From Myxococcales bacterium (GTDB lineage Bacteria > Myxococcota > Myxococcia > Myxococcales > Anaeromyxobacteraceae): a stretch of DNA of 25,940 nt. The translations under genes and the position numbers were made by a program. This document shows, piece by piece, positions 15,472-25,940 of this stretch (the stretch's first letter is position 1; every line of letters starts with the position of its first letter). The stretch covers positions 1 to 25,940 of the forward strand of contig JBBQEB010000040.1 of NCBI GenBank assembly GCA_038320275.1, in the 5' to 3' direction. The notes under the pieces were generated by a model. It made no database searches. It was not told the DNA's origin and saw nothing but the letters and a program-made list of their open reading frames with translations.

Positions 15472-17493
15472 TCAGCCGGCCGGCGACATCACCCGGACCG
15501 GGAGGACCATCGCGTTCAGCCCCGCGAACTGCAATCGACGCTGGAGCTGATAGGCCGTCTCGTTGTGGAGGAGGCGCTGGTACCAGCGCTCTTCCTCGAA
15601 GACGAGCTTGCCGGCGAAGAAGAGCGCCCGCGGGAACTCCTTGCCGACCTCCAGGCACAGGCGCTGCGCCTCGGCGACCGCCTCCGTGCCGATGCCCATG
15701 CGGTAGTCGGCGGCGAGCCCCAGCCGGCGCGCCAGATCGACGTACCGCCGCAGGCTCTCCTCGGTCTGCCGGCGGACCTGCTCCACCTCCTCCACGCCCT
15801 TCATGGTCGCGGAGTCGATGACGCCCACCGAGAGGAAGACGAAGTTCTTGTAGTGGCCGGGGAAGAGCCGCTGGATGGTCAGGAGCTGGTGCACGCCGAG
15901 CCCGGAGTAACTGCCCACCAGCAGGACGGCGGTGGGGAGCTTCGCGTCGAGCTGGCGGTGCTCCCCGACCGGATGGCCGGGGAGCGCGTTCAGGATCTCG
16001 TCGAGCCGCTTGAGGTTGTTCTGCACCCGGCGGTAGTGGCGGCGGATGACGATGCAGAGCCCCACCACGATGCCGGTGACGACGAGGGTCATCCAGGCGC
16101 CCTGGGTGAACTTCTCGTACACGTTGCCGACCAGGATGGAGGCGCAGAGGAGGAGCGCGACGCCGTGCACCACGAGGCCGCGGCGAAAGCCCGCCTCGCG
16201 CGTGCGCTGGAACCAGTAGCGGAGCATCGCCGCCTGGGAGAGGGAGAACGTCAGGAACACGTTGATGGAATACATGGTGAGCAGCGCGCTGATGCTGCCC
16301 CGCGTGTAGAACAGCGTCGCCACTGACGCGCCGCCCATGAGCAGCACGCCGTCCTGCATGGTGAGCCGGTCGGAGAGCTGCGCGAAGCGGTGCGGGAGCC
16401 AGGAATCCACCGCCATGTTCGCCATGACGCGAGGGCCGTCGATGAAGCCGGTCTGGGCGGCGACGAAGAGGAGGGCGGCCTCCGAGACGAGCGTGAGCCA
16501 CACGTATCCTCGCCCCACGGGCACGCCGAACAGCGTGAAGGACCCGGCGAAGCTGTCGAGCAGGATGGAGTTGAGCGTCCGGTCCCCCTCCGGCGCGACG
16601 TGAAAGAGCATGTAGAGGAGGACGATTCCCGTCGCGGTCAGCGCCAGCGAGATGGACATGTAGACCATGGTCCGCCGGGCGGTCTCGACCTTGGGCTCGC
16701 GCATGATCTGGAGCCCGTTCGACACCGCCTCGATGCCGGTGTACGTGCCGGCCCCCATGGAGTAGGCGCGCATGAAGAGGCTGAACATGCCCGCCAGGCC
16801 GAGGGTCGCGAGCCCGGTCGAGAAGCCGTGCCGCACCTCGTGCGCGACCCGCGGCACCTCGAAGAGGTGGGTCGCGACCCCGCCGACGATGAGGATGACG
16901 TGCGTGAGGAGGAAGAGCAGGAAGATGGGGGTGAGGATGGTGACCGACTCCTTCACGCCCCGGAGGTTCATGACTACCAGCACGCCGATGGCGACGGCCT
17001 CCACGGCCACCTTCCACGCTGCCCAGTGCGGTGGCAGGTTGGAGAAGATCTGGTCGGCGCCGCCCGCGATGGAGGTGGAGATGGTGAGGACGTAGTCGAC
17101 CAGCAGCGCCGACCCGGAGAGCACGCCGAACTTCTTGCCCAGCAGGCGGGTCGCCACCACATACCCGCCCCCGCCGAACGGGAACCGCTTGATGATCTGC
17201 GAGTAGGCGACGGAGATGATGACGATGGTGAGCGCGGTCGCCGCCGCCAGGGCCACCGCGATGAAGTGGTGCTCGCCCAGCGCCCGGAAGGACTCGTCGG
17301 GGCCGTAGGCAGACGAGGAGAGCCCGTCGGCGCCGAGGCCCACCCAGGCCAGGAAGGCGACCAGGGACACCGAGTGATAGACGCTCGGGTCCTGGACGTC
17401 GCGCGGGGAGCCGAGCAGGGCCCTGCGAAGGAGGCTTCCCCGCCGCTTGGGCGGGCTTTCGCGGGGCGCCGGGCCCGTGTTGTGGTTCGCCAC
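15472..17493 (-). CDS. APC-superfamily permease, KimA/YdaO-like K+ transporter
   Basis: ADGLSSSAYGP, GGGGY, LLVDYVLT and TGIEAVSNG correspond to KimA motifs (SDALSSVAYG, LLVDYILT, TGVEA). About 12 TM helices plus a cytoplasmic C-terminal domain with LLHN. Confidence 0.8.
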   Translation of the reverse strand: MANHNTGPAPRESPPKRRGSLLRRALLGSPRDVQDPSVYHSVSLVAFLAWVGLGADGLSSSAYGPDESFRALGEHHFIAVALAAATALTIVIISVAYSQIIKRFPFGGGGYVVATRLLGKKFGVLSGSALLVDYVLTISTSIAGGADQIFSNLPPHWAAWKVAVEAVAIGVLVVMNLRGVKESVTILTPIFLLFLLTHVILIVGGVATHLFEVPRVAHEVRHGFSTGLATLGLAGMFSLFMRAYSMGAGTYTGIEAVSNGLQIMREPKVETARRTMVYMSISLALTATGIVLLYMLFHVAPEGDRTLNSILLDSFAGSFTLFGVPVGRGYVWLTLVSEAALLFVAAQTGFIDGPRVMANMAVDSWLPHRFAQLSDRLTMQDGVLLMGGASVATLFYTRGSISALLTMYSINVFLTFSLSQAAMLRYWFQRTREAGFRRGLVVHGVALLLCASILVGNVYEKFTQGAWMTLVVTGIVVGLCIVIRRHYRRVQNNLKRLDEILNALPGHPVGEHRQLDAKLPTAVLLVGSYSGLGVHQLLTIQRLFPGHYKNFVFLSVGVIDSATMKGVEEVEQVRRQTEESLRRYVDLARRLGLAADYRMGIGTEAVAEAQRLCLEVGKEFPRALFFAGKLVFEEERWYQRLLHNETAYQLQRRLQFAGLNAMVLPVRVMSPAG

Positions 17494-17646
17494 AGCCGAC
17501 AGCCTTTACGCCGAGGCGCGCCACCAGGCACGTCAAACGGGGGTGCTCGGCTCGCGGGCACGGCGCCGCCGGGTCGTCTCCCACCTGCGAGGGCCGGTTC
17601 CGCTGCGGGCCTCCACTTTTGAGGATAACGTCCAGGGGCTCCCAGC

Positions 17647-19611
17647 ATGCACCCCATCCCAGGATCCGCGGAGACCGCGCAGGACGTCGCCCCGGGCTCC
17701 TCCGCCGGCGCTCCGGCGCAGCACGTGCCGGCGGCGCCGCGGGGCAAGGCGCTGGTCCTCCTCGCCCTCGGCGCGCTCGGCGTCGTGTATGGCGACATCG
17801 GGACGAGCCCCCTGTACTCCCTCAAGGAGTGCTTCGAGGGTCCGCACGCCGTCCCCCCCACCCCGGCCAACGTCTACGGCGTGCTGTCCCTGGTGGTGTG
17901 GTCGCTCACCTTCGTCATCAGCGTGAAGTACCTCACCTTCGTCATGCGGGCCGACAACCGTGGCGAGGGCGGGATCCTCGCGCTCATGGCGCTCGTCGGA
18001 CAGCGTGAGACCACCCGCGGTGGCCGGAAGACACTCGTCATGCTGGGGCTCTTTGGGGCGGCGCTGCTGTACGGCGACGGGATCATCACCCCCGCCATCA
18101 GCGTACTGGGAGCGGTGGAGGGCGTGGCGGTGGCCGCGCCGGCGCTGCGCCACCTGGTCGTCCCGCTCTCCGTCGCCATCCTGGTGGCCCTGTTCTCCTT
18201 CCAGCGGCGGGGGACGGCCGCCGTGGGAATGGTCTTCGGGCCGGTGATGCTGCTCTGGTTCGCGTGCATCGCCGCCGCGGGCGTCGCCGGCATCGTGCGC
18301 GATCCCCAGATCCTGGGCGCCATCTCGCCCCACCACGCGGTGAGCTTCTTCGTGCGAAACCGCCTGCACGGCTTCCTCGTGCTGGGCGCGGTGGTGCTGG
18401 TGCTCACCGGAGGAGAGGCGCTCTACGCGGACATGGGCCAGTTCGGAAGGCGCCCCATCCGACTGGCCTGGGCGTTCGTCGCCATGCCCGCCCTCCTCCT
18501 CAACTACTTCGGCCAAGGCGCCATCCTCCTGCTGGACCCGCAGGCGGCAAAGAACCCGTTCTACCTGCTGGTGCCGGGCTGGGCCTTGTACCCCATGATC
18601 GCCATCGCCACCGCCGCGGCGGTGGTCGCGTCGCAGGCGCTCATCTCGGGCGCATTCTCCCTCACCAACCAGGCGGTGCAGCTCGGCTACTCGCCGCGCG
18701 TCACCATCCGCCACACCTCCGCCACCGAATACGGACAGGTCTTCATCCCGGAGGTGAACGGGGCCCTCGCGGTCGGGTGCGTCGCGCTGGTGCTGGGCTT
18801 TCGCAGCTCGTCCGCGCTGGCGGCGGCCTACGGGATCGCGGTGACCGGGACCATGACCATCACCACTTTGCTCTTCTACCGCGTCGCGCGCGACCGCTGG
18901 GGCTGGTCGCGGCTCGCCACCTGGTCGCTCACCGGAGCATTTCTCGTGGCCGACCTCGCCTTCTTCCTCGCAAACGTGATCAAGATCGAGGAGGGCGGAT
19001 GGCTTCCCATCGCGGCGGCCATGGGCGTCTTCGCGCTCCTCTCCACCTGGAAGCGCGGCAGCGAGGTGCTTCGCGGCTCGCTCATGGAAGCGGCTCTGCC
19101 GCTGGACCTCTTCGTGGTGGATCTGGCGCGCCGGCCGCCCGTCCGCATTCCCGGCATCGGTATCTTCATGAGCTCGCATGCGGACGGCGTGCCGCCGGTG
19201 CTCCTCCACCACCTGAAGCACAACAAGGTGCTCCACGACCGCGTGCTGCTCGTCTCCGTGCTCACGGAGGCGATCCCGACGGTGCTCGAGCCCCGGGCCA
19301 CCGCGAAGGACCTGGGCAGCGGCCTCGTGCAGGTGATCGCGCGCTATGGGTTCATGGAGACGCCCAACGTGCCCGACATGCTGGCGGCGCTCCCGGGCTG
19401 GGTCCTCCCCGGCGACCGGAAGAGCATCCTGACCATGGGCACGACCTACTACCTGGGCCGGGAGACCCTGCTCGCCTCGGGCCCAGGTCGCATGGCGCGA
19501 TGGCGGAAGCGCCTGTTCATCCTCATGACCCGGAACCACCGCACCGCGAGCGCGTTCTTCGGCCTGCCGCCCAACCGGGTGGTGGAGCTGGGCGCGCAGA
19601 TCGAGCTGTGA
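17647..19611 (+). CDS. kup: KUP/HAK/KT potassium transporter
   Basis: GVVYGDIGTSPLY, ADNRGEGG, YGDGIITPAISVL, GGEALYADMG, AAAYGIAVTGTM, RYGFMETP, RVVELGAQIEL. Confidence 0.96.
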   Translation: MHPIPGSAETAQDVAPGSSAGAPAQHVPAAPRGKALVLLALGALGVVYGDIGTSPLYSLKECFEGPHAVPPTPANVYGVLSLVVWSLTFVISVKYLTFVMRADNRGEGGILALMALVGQRETTRGGRKTLVMLGLFGAALLYGDGIITPAISVLGAVEGVAVAAPALRHLVVPLSVAILVALFSFQRRGTAAVGMVFGPVMLLWFACIAAAGVAGIVRDPQILGAISPHHAVSFFVRNRLHGFLVLGAVVLVLTGGEALYADMGQFGRRPIRLAWAFVAMPALLLNYFGQGAILLLDPQAAKNPFYLLVPGWALYPMIAIATAAAVVASQALISGAFSLTNQAVQLGYSPRVTIRHTSATEYGQVFIPEVNGALAVGCVALVLGFRSSSALAAAYGIAVTGTMTITTLLFYRVARDRWGWSRLATWSLTGAFLVADLAFFLANVIKIEEGGWLPIAAAMGVFALLSTWKRGSEVLRGSLMEAALPLDLFVVDLARRPPVRIPGIGIFMSSHADGVPPVLLHHLKHNKVLHDRVLLVSVLTEAIPTVLEPRATAKDLGSGLVQVIARYGFMETPNVPDMLAALPGWVLPGDRKSILTMGTTYYLGRETLLASGPGRMARWRKRLFILMTRNHRTASAFFGLPPNRVVELGAQIEL

Positions 19612-19629
19612 CCCGCGGCCGGCGGCGGG

Positions 19630-22600
19630 CTAACTCGACACCACCACCTCGTCGAAGGCCTGGCGCACCGCCTCGGTCACCCGGCCGTAGTCGGCGGCGA
19701 GCCGCGCCCCGGGGTTCTCGCCGAAGTAGCCCAGGCGTCGCGCGAGCTGAGCCATGGCGAGGCCGCGCGGCAGGTGGTCCACCGTGTAGTCGTGAACGAT
19801 CCGCAGCCGGAGCTCCAGGCGGCGCAGGAATTCGTATCCGCTGGAGAGGGCCTGGTAGTGCCGCTCCCCCAGGAGCCCGGCCTGGCGGAGCCGGAGGAGC
19901 GCCTCGGGCGTGGAGGGCGTCCGCACCGAGGGGTGGCGCCCGCCGTGCGCGAGCTGGAGGAACTGCGCTGCGAACTCCACGTCCACCAGCCCGCCCCGTC
20001 CCGCCTTGGGGTTCGGTCCGCGCTCCCGCTCCCGCCCGATCTCCGCCTCCATGCGCTCGCGCATGCGCCGGATCTCAACGGCCAGCGCCGCCAGGTCGAC
20101 GGCCGGGTCGTACACCACGCGGGCGAGCACCTTCTCCTCGATCTCCGCGAAGAGCTCGCGATCTCCCGCGACGCAGCGGGCGCGCAGGAGAGCCTGCCGC
20201 TCCCAGAGCTGGCTGTGCACGGGCTCGCCGTCCTCTCCACCGGGCGTGTGGTACCGGGCGAAGCCGCCGGCGCTCGTCACCAGCGCTCCGCGGTTGCCGG
20301 AGGGGCGGAGCCGCGTGTCGATCTTGTAGAGCACGCCCTCGCGCAGCGGCAGCTGCAGGAACGACATGAGCCGCTGGGCGAGGCGGGCGTGGTCGCCGCG
20401 GGGCGCGTCGCCCTCGGGGTCGCGGTAGAGGAACACGAGGTCGAGGTCGGAGTGGTAGCCCAGCTCTCGGCCGCCGAGCTTGCCCATGGCGACCACGCAC
20501 AGCCGCTCCGGCGGGAGGCGCCCGCGCGCCCGGGCCTCCTCCTCCGCCAGCGTGAGGCAGCGCGCGAGGCAGGCCTCCGCCAGCGCGGTGAGCTGCGCCG
20601 CGACCCCCGCCAGCGGCAGCGCCCCCGCGATGTCGTGGATGGCGATGCGCAGGACCTCACCGTCCTTGTACCGGCGCAGCTCGCCGAGGGTCCATTCCAG
20701 CGGATCGACCGCCCCGGGCACCGAGGCGAGCCGCTCGTCGAGCTCGCCCTCGAAGGTCGCCAGGCTCTTCGTGAGCGCGATGCGGTCCTCGCGGAGCAGG
20801 GTGTCGAGGAGCTCGGGGTTCCGGATGAAGCGCTTCGAGAGGAAGTCGGAGGTGCCGAAGAGGGAGAGCAGGAGGCGGGCTACCCGGTGGTGCTCGGCGA
20901 GGAGCCTGAAGTAGGGCTCCGGGGCCTGCAGCGCGGCCGCGAAGTCCGCCAGGAAGCTCAGCGCCTGGTCGGGATCGGGCGTGGCGAGCACCTCGCGCAG
21001 GAGCGCCACCGCCGCTGCCGGATCGCCACCCCGGGAGAAGGGCGTCCGGCGACGGGCCAGGGACTCGAGGGCCGCGAGCGCCCGGTCGGGGTCGCCCAGG
21101 CCACGCCGGGAGGCGAGCTCGGCGCGGCGCTCCTCTGGCACCTGCGCGTCGGCGAGGAGCGCGAGCTCCGGATCGAGCTTCACCTCGCCGGAGCCCTTGC
21201 CGAGGAGGTCGGAGAAGCGGCTCGACACGCGCGCGCGGTGAGCCGCGAGCGCCTCCTCGAACGACTCCAGCTCGGCGAATCCCATGCTGCGCGCCAGCGC
21301 GAGCCGTTCGTCGCCTTTGGGAAGTGCGTGCGTTTGCCGGCCGTCCACCATCTGGACCCTGTGCTCCGCGCGCCGGAGGAAGAGGTACGCATCGGCGAGC
21401 TCGTCGCGGTCGGTGACGGGCACCACCCCGGCGAATACCAGCCGGTCGAGCGCGGGTAGCACGGCGCGCTCGCGGAGCTCCGGCGACTTGCCGCCGTGGA
21501 GGAGCTGGAGGGCCGACACGAAGAACTCCACCTCGCGGATGCCGCCGCGCCCGAGCTTCAGATCCTCCTTGCCCTCCGCGCCGGCGCGGGCGTCGATGCG
21601 GGCTTTCATGGCCTGGATCTCGGTCAGGACGCCGAGGTCGAGGGAGCGCCGCCAGATGAACGGCTCCAGCATGCCGAGCAGCGCCGTTCCCACCTCCTCG
21701 TCGCCGGCCGCTGAGCGGGCCTTCACGAGCGCGTTCCGCTCCCAGGAGCGCCCGAACGACTGGTAGTAGAGCTCCGCGGCCCGGACGCTGTTCACGATGG
21801 GACCGCTGCGGCCATCGGGCCGGAGGTTCAGATCCACCCGGAAGACGATCCCCTCCTCGGTCGGCTTCGATAACGACTCCGTCACCTGCTCCGCCAGCCG
21901 CGCATAGTGCGCGAAGTGCGTGACGCCGGGCGTGGCGCCCGCGCCCTGCGTGGTGCCGTCGGCGCCGTAGACGAAGATGAGGTCGACGTCGGAGGAGAAG
22001 TTGAGCTCGCGCGCGCCGAGCTTCCCCATCGCGACCGCGCACAGGCCGGCGCCGGGCGGCGTCCCTTCGAGCCCGGCTGGCGCGCCGTGGCGGGCGCGCA
22101 GGCGGCGGTCGTGGAAGGCGATGGCCGCGTGGATGCAGGCGGTCGCCAGGGCGGAGAGCTCACCCGTCACGTCGCTCATCCGCCCGCGCCGGAGATCCCG
22201 CAGGCAGATGCGCACCACCTCCCGCGCGCGGAGCCTGCGCAGGAGCCGGTGGAAGCCGGGGACGTCGTCCGCATCGAGCCGCGCCGCCGCGCGCGCCAGG
22301 ACCCGCCGCAGCCCCGCCTCCCCGCGCGGCCGGCGGAGGTGGGGCGAGCGCGCGGCGCGCGCCAGAAGCCGGGGCTCGCGCCCGAGGAGGCCCGCGACCA
22401 TGCGCGAGCTCCCGCACAGCAAGGCGAGCGCCTCCAGGAGGTCGGGCTCCTCCGGCAGCGCCCCGGCCGCGTCGGCGTAGCGCTCGGCCCCCGCGAGCGC
22501 GAGGTCCGGGTCGGCGGCGAGCCGGCAGGCCGCCTCCAGCGCCGCCACCCCGCCGGGAAAGCGCCTCGCCAGGCGGGCCCGGCGCTCGGCCGCGCCGTCC

Positions 22601-22647
22601 GCCCGGAAGGGCGCTGGCGGGACGCCCAGCAGGCTCGGCGCGTTCAT
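19630..22647 (-). CDS. glnE: Bifunctional glutamine synthetase adenylyltransferase/adenylyl-removing enzyme
   Basis: Two nucleotidyltransferase domains: MGKLGARELNFSSDVDL...LRPDG...WER...GGIREVEF and MGKLGGRELGYHSDLDL...LRPSG...WERQA...GGLVDVEF. Confidence 0.95.
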   Translation of the reverse strand: MNAPSLLGVPPAPFRADGAAERRARLARRFPGGVAALEAACRLAADPDLALAGAERYADAAGALPEEPDLLEALALLCGSSRMVAGLLGREPRLLARAARSPHLRRPRGEAGLRRVLARAAARLDADDVPGFHRLLRRLRAREVVRICLRDLRRGRMSDVTGELSALATACIHAAIAFHDRRLRARHGAPAGLEGTPPGAGLCAVAMGKLGARELNFSSDVDLIFVYGADGTTQGAGATPGVTHFAHYARLAEQVTESLSKPTEEGIVFRVDLNLRPDGRSGPIVNSVRAAELYYQSFGRSWERNALVKARSAAGDEEVGTALLGMLEPFIWRRSLDLGVLTEIQAMKARIDARAGAEGKEDLKLGRGGIREVEFFVSALQLLHGGKSPELRERAVLPALDRLVFAGVVPVTDRDELADAYLFLRRAEHRVQMVDGRQTHALPKGDERLALARSMGFAELESFEEALAAHRARVSSRFSDLLGKGSGEVKLDPELALLADAQVPEERRAELASRRGLGDPDRALAALESLARRRTPFSRGGDPAAAVALLREVLATPDPDQALSFLADFAAALQAPEPYFRLLAEHHRVARLLLSLFGTSDFLSKRFIRNPELLDTLLREDRIALTKSLATFEGELDERLASVPGAVDPLEWTLGELRRYKDGEVLRIAIHDIAGALPLAGVAAQLTALAEACLARCLTLAEEEARARGRLPPERLCVVAMGKLGGRELGYHSDLDLVFLYRDPEGDAPRGDHARLAQRLMSFLQLPLREGVLYKIDTRLRPSGNRGALVTSAGGFARYHTPGGEDGEPVHSQLWERQALLRARCVAGDRELFAEIEEKVLARVVYDPAVDLAALAVEIRRMRERMEAEIGRERERGPNPKAGRGGLVDVEFAAQFLQLAHGGRHPSVRTPSTPEALLRLRQAGLLGERHYQALSSGYEFLRRLELRLRIVHDYTVDHLPRGLAMAQLARRLGYFGENPGARLAADYGRVTEAVRQAFDEVVVSS

Positions 22648-22651
22648 CTCG

Positions 22652-24073
<1,422 letters not shown>

Positions 24074-24132
24074 GGGCGGATCATAACCGGAAGGCGCGTC
24101 GTTCAGACGTTTCCGGATCACGCCCCTGCTGT

Positions 24133-25098
24133 TTAGAACGCCTGGGGCACCCCTGGCCTCAGCTGCAGCATCGTCGTCGGCGACTTCATGGTCTTCAGCG
24201 CCTGGCTGAGGGCCTCCGGCGTTCCGGTGAGGACCGGGAAGGTGCCGTAGTGCATGGGCACGATGTACTTGGGGCGGGCCCAGGAGGCCATCAGGGCGGC
24301 GCCGTTGGGGCCCATCGTGAAGTGGTCGCCGATGCAGGCCAACATGACGTCGATGGGGTACATCCTCGCGTAGTTCTGGATGTCGGAGAACGGGCCGGTG
24401 TCGCCGGTGTGGTAGAGGGTCGGTCCGCCGCGAATCCGGATCACGAAGCCCACCGGGTTGCCCGCGTACTCGGTGGGGCTGACCTCCGTCCGCTTGAAGC
24501 CGGAGCTGTGGACCGCCTGGACGATGGAGACCGCCACCTCGTCGGTGAGCGGGATGGTGCCGCCGATGTTCCCGGCGGTGGCCATCATGCCCTGCCGGTC
24601 CATGGGATATCCCGCGCCCATGAGCGCCTCCGCCAGCTCGAACGGTCCGACGAACTTGGCCCGCGTGCGCTGGGCCAGCGCGACTGCCTCGCCCACGTGG
24701 TCGGCGTGGCCGTGGGACACGAGGATGAAGTCCACCTTCGGCAGCATGGCCGCAGCGAGCTTGTCCGGGCTCCACGGGTTCGAGAACCACGGGTCGATCG
24801 CGATCACGGTGCCCTTGGGCGTCGTCACCACGAAGGCCGAGTGGCCGTACCAGGTGACGAGGGTCTTCCCGGCCGATGGGCCCCCGAGCGACGTCTGCAC
24901 CGACGCACCCGGTGCGGCCGCCGCCGCTGGCGAAGTGTTCGAGACGTAGGGGGCCGCGGCCGGAGACAGGGAGCTTGTGGACTGCGCCGCGGCTGGAGCC
25001 GGGGGAGGCGTGGGCAGCGCGCCGGACGGGCTCTGCGCGAGAACTGCGGGGGCGAACGAGGCCACGACCGCTGCGAGGACGAGGAGGCGATTGAGCAT
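24133..25098 (-). CDS. Metallo-beta-lactamase-fold metal-dependent hydrolase (UPF0173-like) with signal peptide
   Basis: TWYGHSAF, IDPW, SHGHADH, AVHSS, YHTGDT, IGDHFTMGP, PMHYGTFP. N-terminus MLNRLLVLAAVVASFAPAVLA looks like a Sec signal. Confidence 0.88.
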   Translation of the reverse strand: MLNRLLVLAAVVASFAPAVLAQSPSGALPTPPPAPAAAQSTSSLSPAAAPYVSNTSPAAAAAPGASVQTSLGGPSAGKTLVTWYGHSAFVVTTPKGTVIAIDPWFSNPWSPDKLAAAMLPKVDFILVSHGHADHVGEAVALAQRTRAKFVGPFELAEALMGAGYPMDRQGMMATAGNIGGTIPLTDEVAVSIVQAVHSSGFKRTEVSPTEYAGNPVGFVIRIRGGPTLYHTGDTGPFSDIQNYARMYPIDVMLACIGDHFTMGPNGAALMASWARPKYIVPMHYGTFPVLTGTPEALSQALKTMKSPTTMLQLRPGVPQAF

Positions 25099-25151
25099 GC
25101 ACGGAGCGTGTCGCCGGAGTCGGCGACCTGCCACCGCCCTGGAGGGGCGCA

Positions 25152-25940
25152 TCATCCCGCCGGCGGGCGGCTCGGCCGTGGCGCGCGGCCCGGTGAAGAG
25201 GCGGGCGCGGCTTGCCGCGCGCTCACCGGCCCGAGGTCGAGCGCTCGCAGCGGCGCCTCGATCTCGCTGCGCGGACCCACCACGACGACCGGCCAGCGGT
25301 CCGGCGCGATCCAGCGCCTGGCGGCGCGCGCAACGTCGTCCGCCGTCACCGCCTCCACCTTCGCAGGAAGGGTGCGGTACCAGTCCAGGGGAAGTCCCGT
25401 CACGACCAGGGTCACGATCGAGCGCGCCACCGCCGCGTTCGTCGCCAGTGCCGAGGGGAGCGACCGCACGAAGGCGCGCTTCGCAGTGGCGAGCTCGGCG
25501 GGTGTGACGCCGCCCTCCGCGAAACGCGCGAGCTCGCGCTCGTACTCGGTCACGGCGGGAGCCGTGCTCGCGCCGACGATGCCGCCCGAGGCGATGAACA
25601 GGCCGGTGGATCGATGGAGCTCGAGGCTGGAGCGCACGCCGTAGCTGTAGCCCTTCGCCTCGCGCAGGTTGAGGTTGAGGCGTGAGCTGAACAGCCCGCC
25701 CAGCGCGTAGTTCCCCACCCGCAGCGCCACCGCATCGGGGTCGGAGGCGCCGAAGAGGGGCCCCACCACCCACACCTGCGACTGCGACGCGCCGGGGCGA
25801 TCGACGAGGGACACCACCCGGCGCGACGGCAGCGCCCTGGGCTCGGCGCGCGGGCTCGGAGTCGCCGCGGCCTTCCAGGCGCCGAGCCTCGCCTCGAGCA
25901 GCGCCACCGCCCGGTCGACCGTCACGTCGCCCACCACCAC
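25152..25940 (-). CDS. M16 (insulinase/pitrilysin) family peptidase, C-terminal part; 5' end outside the window
   Basis: VVGDV, LGGLFSSRLNLNLREAKGYSYG (M16B R/Y motif), ELATAK, VTADDVARAA, VVVGP. Confidence 0.88.
   Translation of the reverse strand: MVVGDVTVDRAVALLEARLGAWKAAATPSPRAEPRALPSRRVVSLVDRPGASQSQVWVVGPLFGASDPDAVALRVGNYALGGLFSSRLNLNLREAKGYSYGVRSSLELHRSTGLFIASGGIVGASTAPAVTEYERELARFAEGGVTPAELATAKRAFVRSLPSALATNAAVARSIVTLVVTGLPLDWYRTLPAKVEAVTADDVARAARRWIAPDRWPVVVVGPRSEIEAPLRALDLGPVSARQAAPASSPGRAPRPSRPPAG

Noticed and set aside
14756..17584. Very long alternative-frame or antisense ORFs (e.g. 14756..17584, 3165..5606, 3224..5806, 17533..19539, 18264..20369, 10945..12834)
   Set aside because: They overlap well-supported genes, are Arg/Gly/Ala/Pro-rich with no motifs, and are expected from stop-codon scarcity in high-GC DNA.
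17494..17646. c-di-AMP (ydaO) riboswitch ahead of the KimA-like or kup gene
   Set aside because: I could not find the conserved ydaO elements on either strand. An Rfam scan would settle it.

Overview
GC-rich bacterial DNA whose gene content and style suggest Myxococcota (Anaeromyxobacter-like); this is inferred, not determined. The left ~3.1 kb is accessory. It holds a two-repeat (DUF222-like) HNH endonuclease gene broken by one in-frame TAG, then a ~1.45-kb integrase-less island remnant lying between an intact tRNA-Pro(GGG) gene (3043-3116, minus) and a degenerate copy of its 3' half ending in CCA (1557-1596). The rest looks like core genome: ferredoxin, ThDP enzyme and isochorismatase-like genes; rlmE-tyrS; 6S RNA-ygfA-ymdB with a near-consensus sigma70 promoter; a Ser/Thr kinase coupled to a TMEM175 K+ channel; a Fic-nfo-DHH-iscS operon; divergent KimA-like and Kup K+ transporters; glnE behind an NtrC-family regulator; a secreted MBL-fold hydrolase; and a partial M16 peptidase. 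The best leads are the kinase-TMEM175 pair inside a cluster of three K+ transport genes, the Fic protein with a degenerate catalytic motif, and the tRNA-Pro island with the neighbouring HNH element. No CRISPR array, rRNA or intact transposase/integrase was seen. All protein calls come from motif recognition by eye; no database search was run.
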